Shown in pieces: positions 1 through 32,837 of a DNA stretch of 32,837 nt; within the stretch, counting starts at the first letter, position 1, and the number at the start of each line of letters is the position of its first letter. The notes beneath the pieces were generated by a model. That model saw only the letters and a program-made list of their open reading frames with translations, searched no databases and was not told where the DNA came from. Location of the stretch: positions 1 to 32,837 of the forward strand of contig JBHJMP010000766.1 of NCBI GenBank assembly GCA_043381765.1. The letters are read 5' to 3'. The stretch is from Collodictyon triciliatum. Its lineage: Eukaryota. Position numbers and translations under genes: made by a program.

Positions 1-445
1 TTATCACTCGACCTAGTGCTTATCAAACGAACCTCACTTCTCTTTTCACCATCCTTTTCGACAGCTTGCGCCATCAAAGCAGTATTCCCCCTCCTCCATC
101 CAATCAATATCACCCGTCTCTTTTTTTCATGCTCGCGTGACACTATCACGCGTCCCCAAAAGAAATCCATGCGTCTCTTATCAAGCCTCAAGGACATCTC
201 TTTTCCCCTTTTTTTTCCCCCTTTATCCCTGTTTTTCTTTTTCTATCTCCCTTACATCACCTACTTTGGAACTGCTTGCCTGATGGTTGAATGAAAGATT
301 GTTGAGACGGGCTCAACAGCTAAGACTTTTAGAATAAAAAAAATAATTAAAAAAAAAAACTGTTGAAACGAAACCAAAAAAAAAACCACAACAACCACAA
401 GAGAAAGAATAAACCACAAGAGAAAACGCAGAAGGACAGCACAAG

Positions 446-2209
446 ATGGATGGAAGCGACAAGGCACAACAAATCGGTCAGATTCTTGCGACCTGTGAAG
501 ACTTGGATGACTTCCATGAAGTGTCACAGCAGGTTTGAACACCCTCAAACAACTATGTAGTCACAGTGCCCACGCACCCTGTAAAAACATATGTCATGAG
601 GCATAGTCCGGGAACCTTTTAAACACGCCTTTTCAGGTCCACCAAATGCTTCTTGACTTCCGCTACGCTTTTCTGCTCAAGAAACTCTTTTCAAACGCTT
701 TGGACAGCGCCTTCATCCCAAAGAAGTCTGGGTCTGCGTTAGCGAAGCTTCTTGATGTGATGGAGGTTTCTGTTTTCTCTTTGGGAAAAAACTGCCCAGG
801 ACTAGCTCCCTTTTCTTTTCTTTTCTTTTCTTTTCTTTTCTTTTCTTTTCTTTTCTTTTCTTTTCTTTTCTTTTCTTTTCTTTTTTCTCAACATGTAATT
901 CATTCTCTCGCCTTTCTTCGCCCACAAGTGCCCCATATGATTATTATGATTATGATGGAGATTATGATTTCTATGGTAATTATTGTAATTCTTGTCTCCC
1001 GTATCTCTCGCCAGCACACTGACTTCATTACGTAGATTCAGTCACATTCACATATGACTGATAACCTGGGCGCAGTCGAGCAAATTGGAGGGAGCTGCAC
1101 GACAGTCTCATTCCCCATCGCAGCAGCACCCCAGATATCCACCCGCAACTCTAGACCAGGCAAAAAATCTGTCTCGGCTAAGCGAAAACGATCCGAGGTA
1201 CACGCCCTTCATCACCACATTCAATTCTATTTTTATTATAATCTTTGATTTGATAAACATCTTCAAACTCTCTTGCAAGCTGTGGGTTGAGAATGTAGAC
1301 GCATTTGTCTCGCTTAGTCCTCATTACGTATTCAAATTAGTTCCGAGTATCTTTTCTTAGTTTTTTTTTTAGTTTTTTAGTTTTTATTTAGATTTTAATG
1401 CTTAAAGGTCCAACAAGTCCTAGTTTTAGAGTTCAATGCGTACTACGAGTTCCCATCACTGGTTTCACATAGTAGTGCTGAAGCTGGGCGGGCAAACACG
1501 AAGCATAGTTCGTTCCATGAAATCATGGAAATCAGCTATTACGTCCACACTATCCGCCCGGACGAGGGCAGCAGTGAAGCCAGTGATGGAGAAAGTGGGT
1601 CTGATGAGGAGCAAGAAAGAACTATTGTTGTCGTTGGAGAACGTATCTTTGATGAAAAACTCAACCGAGACACGAAACTCGAGGTACTCAGAATGCTATG
1701 AGATTACTTTGATATACATATATATATATGAGTACTTCTCTCTTTTCGCAGTCTTCGTGTGCGCCTTAAACACATGGCGTAATGATGTTTTTTTTTCTCG
1801 TTAAAAGTATGGATTTGAATTGCATATCGACGAGATATGCAAAAGAAATGTATCCCAATAACATTTGTTAGCTTTTTTTTTTATACATGTACAAACCACT
1901 TAAATATCTTCACACAGGTATTTTCAGACGCCATCGACTTTGTGAAAAAGAAGCTGAAATGTCAAACGCTATCAACACACGAGTTTCTAGGATTCATGCT
2001 TTTCATATTTTATGGAAGCTCATGCGATAAATGCACAGTGAGGCCAACATCGACTAAACATTCCATTCTATCACTTTGAACTCATGCAGAAGTTTCACAT
2101 CATCAATTTGATTAGGGTCATCCTTTTTGCCTTGTTGACGAAGAATCCGCAGATGACGAGCTCCCTCTCTGGTCTCTACTTCCTCAAATGGTGGCCTCGG
2201 CTTCCATAA
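446..2209 (+). CDS. Hypothetical protein of about 327 aa; exons 446-532, 637-765, 1036-1197, 1280-1327, 1408-1683, 1808-1849, 1918-2037, 2090-2209
   Basis: Higher-GC blocks bounded by GT/AG join without stops: MDGSDKAQQIGQILATCEDLDDFHEVSQQ|VHQMLLDFRYAFLLKKLF...|...DEGSSEASDGESGSDEEQERTIVVVGERIFDEKLNRDTKLE|YGFELHIDEICKRN|VFSDAIDFVKKKLKC...|KFHIINLIRVILF...WWPRLP*. I recognise no family; the small and terminal exons are least certain. Confidence 0.6.
811..886. repeat. (TTTTC)n microsatellite in intron 2 of the plus-strand gene
   Basis: Tandem pentamer visible directly. Confidence 0.95.
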
Positions 2210-2255
2210 AGTAGTGAAGAAAGCTTCGGTTGAGCTTTGCGAACAAAGTAAATTA

Positions 2256-2480
2256 ATTAATAAACAAATAAACAAATAAATAAACAAATAAATAAACAAA
2301 TAAACAAATAAACAAATAAATAAACAAATAAACAAATAAACAAATAAACAAACAAATAAATAAATAAACAAATAAACAAATAAACAAATAAATAAACAAA
2401 TAAACAAATAAACAAATAAACAAATAAACAAATAAACAAATAAACAAACAAATAAATAAATAAATAAATACATAAATACA

Positions 2481-2547
<67 letters not shown>

Positions 2548-2725
2548 ACAAATAAACAAATAAACAAACAAATAAACAAACAAACAAATAAACAAACAAA
2601 CAAACAAACAAACAAACAAATAAACAAACAAATAAACAAACAAATAAACAAACAAATAAACAAATAAACAAACAAATAAACAAATAAACAAACAAACAAA
2701 CAAACAAGCAAATAAACAAATAAAA
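2256..2725. repeat. Compound (AAAT/AAAC)n microsatellite, intergenic
   Basis: About 470 nt of alternating TAAA/CAAA tetramers. Confidence 0.97.
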
Positions 2726-3277
2726 AGATAGATAGATAAATCCTTCATTTTGTTCGCGAGGCCCTTGTGTCTTGTCTATGTGGATTGTTGATTGATGATT
2801 AATTTACTATCATGTATTACAAGCGGTTCTCCTCTCCAATAAACTTTAAAAAATGGTCATAAAATATGACATATCAAACAAATGAGTGCATGTTCATGAT
2901 ATCCATGGAGGAAGTCCTTTTTGTTTTACAAGCATGAAGCATACTTTGAAATGGATAATTTTATTTCGTGTGTTGCACAAGGTTGTCATGCGCAATTCCT
3001 TTTCACGTAGCGAGAGAAGTGATGGAGATGCTCTATTCAGACATATGTAGCGATAGTCGCTCTTTTCATATATGTCATGGGGTTAAGGAAAGAGCGGAAC
3101 AACCCAAACAAACAAGTAAAAGGGTAGTGATGTGTAAAATATAAGCGAATAAAGATGATCAAATTCAGCCGTTCTTCTCGCTTCGTAGGTAAAAGAAAAA
3201 GAAAAAGAAGAGAGAATGAAAAGGCAGAATGGTAGAGTTCCTTCAAAGACCAAATAGCAGCCACTAAACATACTGAC

Positions 3278-5817
3278 TCATTCCTTGAAGCTCATTCGGC
3301 GTAGCATTTTACCAACTATGCCCTTCTTTGATTTCTGAGCCGAGTCAACATCGCCACTGGGCTCCGACACCAGGTTGGTTTCTGATTGATTGCGCGAGGC
3401 ATGAAATCCAGCAGAATCCATAGTGTGAGGCCTTTCTGATGAGCGACCTTGCACGGAGCTGAATGAGGAACTTCGAGGTGGATTAGAAAGTCTATTGAGT
3501 TGCTGCGAAGGCAATGGAGATGAGGGACGCTGATAATCCTGCACTTGCGAGTCATTTCCGTGCGAGATAAGTGCTGGATGGCTCTGTGCAGCGTGAATCG
3601 GTTGATGCACCTCTTTTGGCGACTGGCGATAAACTTGGGCTGTCTCAAAACTGTGCCGTGCTTCGTGTGTGTTTGGTTCTGGTTTCGGTGAATCTCTGTT
3701 TGAAGGCTGCAGCGGGGCCGAGAAAGACGTCGACAAACGAGCTGTCTGTTGTACCCCAGTTGACGATGCCACCACAGAGAGGCCAAACTGCGGGCGACTT
3801 GGCCGCGAATCTGAGGAAGCCGGCTGATGCGGTACATCGGGCGTCTGAGGAAGAGGCTTGGGTGGTGGGGATGAGAATGAGCCAGAGAGTGCTCGCAATC
3901 CGCCTTGAAACCCATTTGGTGCAGAGTCGGGCAATGAACCGACAGAGGCGGTGCGCTCGATTCGGCCAGGGGCGTGATGTGGTTGTAAAGCGGGTGAGTT
4001 GGGTTGCCCCAATTCCTTTGGCGAGAGCTTTGACTTTGGCACTATTGTTGGGCGGGTTGTGGAGACAGGCAGAATCGCCGTGCTGATGGCATTCAACAGC
4101 CTTGGATGCCGGTCTTTTGTCACCCCGGTTTCTATTCTCTCTTGGAGGTCACGAACACGGGCCTCGATCGTGGTTCGGAGCGGATTCGTGGCTGGAGTGT
4201 GTCTCAAGACGGTCTGGTAGTCTTGCAGTGCATTCTGCCAGTCGCCCAGGTCGTAGTACATATCTCCGCGCGCACCAAGGGCTGGGATAAACTCGCTGTC
4301 GATCTCCAGCACATGTTGAAAGTCAGTCCGGGCCAAATGACTCATCCCCATCCGATGATGCAGAAGCCCGCGGTTTGTTCTGGTGGCCAGGCAGTCTGGG
4401 TGGTAGCTTAGAGCCTGATGTGTGTGTGTGTTTTATCATGTTTAATCGCACCAAATGACATAGATTTACTATAAAAATCAACTGCTTACAAAATGATACT
4501 AATAAAATAGCAAGTAATACTGACAGAATAATTATAGCAAAATGAAATAATAATAACAAAATAATAACAAAATAATAACAAAATAATAACAAAATAATAA
4601 CAAAATAATAACAAAATAATAACAAAATAATAACAAAATAATAACAATAATAACAATAATAATACCAGTAATAATACCAGTAATAATACCAGTAATAATA
4701 CCAGTAATAATAACAGNNNNNNNNNNNNNNNNNNNNNNNNNNNNNNNNNNNNNNNNNNNNNNNNNNNNNNNNNNNNNNNNNNNNNNNNNNNNNNNNNNNN
4801 NNNNNNNNNNNNNNNNATAACAATAATAACAATAATAACAATAATAATACCAGTAATAATACCAGTAATAATACCAGTAATAATACCAGTAATAATACCA
4901 GTAATAATACCAGTAATAATACCAGTAATAATACCAGTAATAATACCAGCAATAATACCAGCAATAATACCAGTAATAATACCAATAATAACAACAATAA
5001 TAACAACAATAATAACAACAATAATAACAACAATAATAACAACAATAATAACAACAATAATAACAACACTAATAATAATCGGTGATCATCAGATGGCATG
5101 TTGCACGCAAGGAATATTATCACTCGGCATTTACTAATGAACGAAACCCGATACCTTTGATAGATTTATCAGTGCATTGTGGCGCTCGCCAGTGTCAGAG
5201 AAGAGCTTCGCACGGCCCGTAAGGACCTGCAGATTACCAGGCTGTAGCAACTCACAGTCATTGTACATCACGAGTGCTTGGTCATACTTGCGGGCCTTAT
5301 GGAAGCGCCTGGCCTCCGCCAACAGAAAGTCGAAACGAGAGTCCATGGAAGGAATGGCGGCCGAATTGAACGGAGTCCGAGTGATCCCGCCGAGATGCGG
5401 AGACGGAACCGACGTGGTTGCAAATGCACTGAGTTCCAGTTCGTACTGGAAGACTTTCCTTGGGGCGTGAGTGGCGTGTTTTGTGCCGGTGATTCCGTTC
5501 TCATAGTCGCCAACCTGCTTTGCATCTGCATCTGCATTTGCGTCTGTCTCTGTGTCTCTGTTTATGTCCAGTGTCTCATCCGTGGTTGTCTGAAGATCGA
5601 TCACTTGTCGCCCGCGTGCGTTGGAGCGCTGCTGCTTCTCGGAGGAGTCGTCTTCAAAGAAGGAGCCGGCTGAAAAGGCGGCCGAAAGTTGCTGGAAGTC
5701 TTCTGAGCGTGCGTCGTGCGTCTCTGCATCGAAGTGTGCGTGTTCTGCGCTGTTGTACGCGACTTTGTTCGGCTGCAGATTCGTCATGGTTGCGTATGCA
5801 CCGATGAAGTGGGACAT
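3278..5817 (-). CDS. Tetratricopeptide-repeat protein, 599 aa, exons 5155-5817 and 3278-4414; four central TPRs with disordered flanks
   Basis: ATG 5817; phase-0 donor AAG|GTATCG at 5154; acceptor catcag|GCT at 4414; TGA 3280-3278. The join gives four 34-aa repeats: ...KYDQALVMYNDCELLQPGN / LQVLTGRAKLFSDTGERHNALINLSKALSYHPDC / LATRTNRGLLHHRMGMSHLARTDFQHVLEIDSEF / IPALGARGDMYYDLGDWQNALQDYQTVLRHTP. An extra exon could be hidden in the N gap. Confidence 0.85.
4546..5077. repeat. Compound AAT-derived satellite (AAAATAATAAC, AATAATACCAGT and AATAATAACAAC units) in the TPR-gene intron
   Basis: Tandem 9-12-nt units on both sides of the gap. Confidence 0.95.
4717..4816. other. Scaffold gap (100 N)
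   Basis: Run of exactly 100 N, probably a placeholder of unknown true size. Confidence 0.99.
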
Positions 5818-6381
5818 CCTCGGTTCGCCTCTTCATGGGGTTGTGTTTTTGTTTATCAATTAGTCCAGCTCTTTTTCGCCTTCGGTTCGTTACGATATGA
5901 CATTGATTCCTATTCACTGGTGCCTTAAAGGGTGTCTTTTGTTTGTTTGTTTTTTCTTCTTCCTCTGCTTTGTTGTTTGTGTTTTTCTCTCTCTTCTTTT
6001 TCGAAGGGTATTTCTTTTTTCAGCAAAGCCGACGAATGACAGAATATGTGTTGCAACTCAGGCAGTCATCCTGATATTAGTAGCAGCATTATCATCATCA
6101 AGTCATTATTGTCGTCATCGTTAGGCGATCCTTATGTCTCTCGGCAGCCGATTCCTTCTCAAGTATTTACGGAAGCGATTCAAAAGCGTGTTTATCGCTC
6201 GCGCTGTCGCAAAAATAAAGAAAAGGGAATGGAAGAAAATGAAAAGGGAATGCAGAATGGTGGCGAAAGACGCGTACATGCGGTGAAATTAATTGTGGAA
6301 ATTATAATCCCAACGCGTTGGTTCCTCCATCTCTTTCGTTTTCTCTTCCGTGTCTTGTTTATTGACGGCGCCTCTCTTTAT

Positions 6382-32430
<26,049 letters not shown>

Positions 32431-32637
32431 TCTGCCGCTTTGCACCTCCGGATGGCCTCCTGGCTTTTCTCTTCTTTCTTGGTGGCCTTTTCCTGTTTCT
32501 CTTTCTTTTCGCTCTGGTTTTTGTTGAGGTTTTTGGGTTATTTTGGGTGTTTTTTTTTTATTTATTCTTCCTTTCAATTTTGTGCAGGATGGTGGAGGTG
32601 TTGGCTTTTGGGTTATTTTTTGGATTTTTTATTGGGG

Positions 32638-32837
32638 TTTTTTTATTGTGTTTTTTATTGTGTTTTTTATTGTGTTTTTTTATTGTGTTTTTTTATTGTG
32701 TTTTTTATTGTGTTTTTTATTGTGTTTTTTTATTGTGTTTTTTTATTGTGTTTTTTTATTGTGTTTTTTTATTGTGTTTTTTTTTGTGTTTTTTTATTGT
32801 GTTTTTTTATTGTGTTTTTTTATTGTGTTTTTTTTTT
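32638..32837. repeat. (T6-7ATTGTG)n 12-13-nt tandem repeat running to the window end
   Basis: About 15 copies with variable T-run length. Confidence 0.95.

Noticed and set aside
1-294. ORF 16-294 (+) and a minus-strand frame open from ATG 197 to the window edge
   Set aside because: Purine/pyrimidine-skewed low-complexity sequence with no motif or splice support; it cannot be judged without flanking sequence.
2054-2748. Long hydrophobic ORFs (LFVCLFIY...) resembling membrane proteins
   Set aside because: They are translations of the AAAT/AAAC microsatellite. The same applies to the poly-L, poly-I, HTYI, ITIT and poly-F ORFs elsewhere.
3316-4411. Overlapping alternative-frame and antisense ORFs over TPR exon 2, and likewise at 5177-5928 and 31819-32357
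   Set aside because: These are expected shadows of GC-rich coding sequence, with no recognisable motifs.
32638-32837. CRISPR-like array
   Set aside because: Short tandem units without spacers, in a eukaryotic context with no cas genes.

Overview
This is eukaryotic nuclear DNA (AT-rich short introns, many microsatellites, one 100-N scaffold gap) from an intron-rich organism that encodes an axonemal dynein, so it is presumably flagellated; I cannot name the taxon. I traced the reading frames by hand and found three spliced genes. (1) A complete but divergent inner-arm dynein heavy chain, DNAH6-like, on the minus strand at 6382-32430: about 101 exons, about 12.7 kb CDS, about 4,200 aa. (2) A two-exon, 4-TPR protein on the minus strand at 3278-5817 (599 aa). 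(3) An eight-exon orphan gene on the plus strand at 446-2209 (about 327 aa), which the ORF track shows only as fragments. Most ORF-track entries are exon fragments or microsatellite artefacts. The genetic code is standard. The notable signals are in splicing: a well-formed U12-type (minor spliceosome) GT-AG intron at 7087-7214, several weaker GTATCC-donor introns, three GC-AG introns inferred from protein register, about 12% AAG acceptors with weak pyrimidine tracts, a 21-nt microexon, and about 8 introns per kb of CDS. I found no prokaryote-type system, RNA gene, CRISPR array or transposon. All exon boundaries are manual and lack transcript support.
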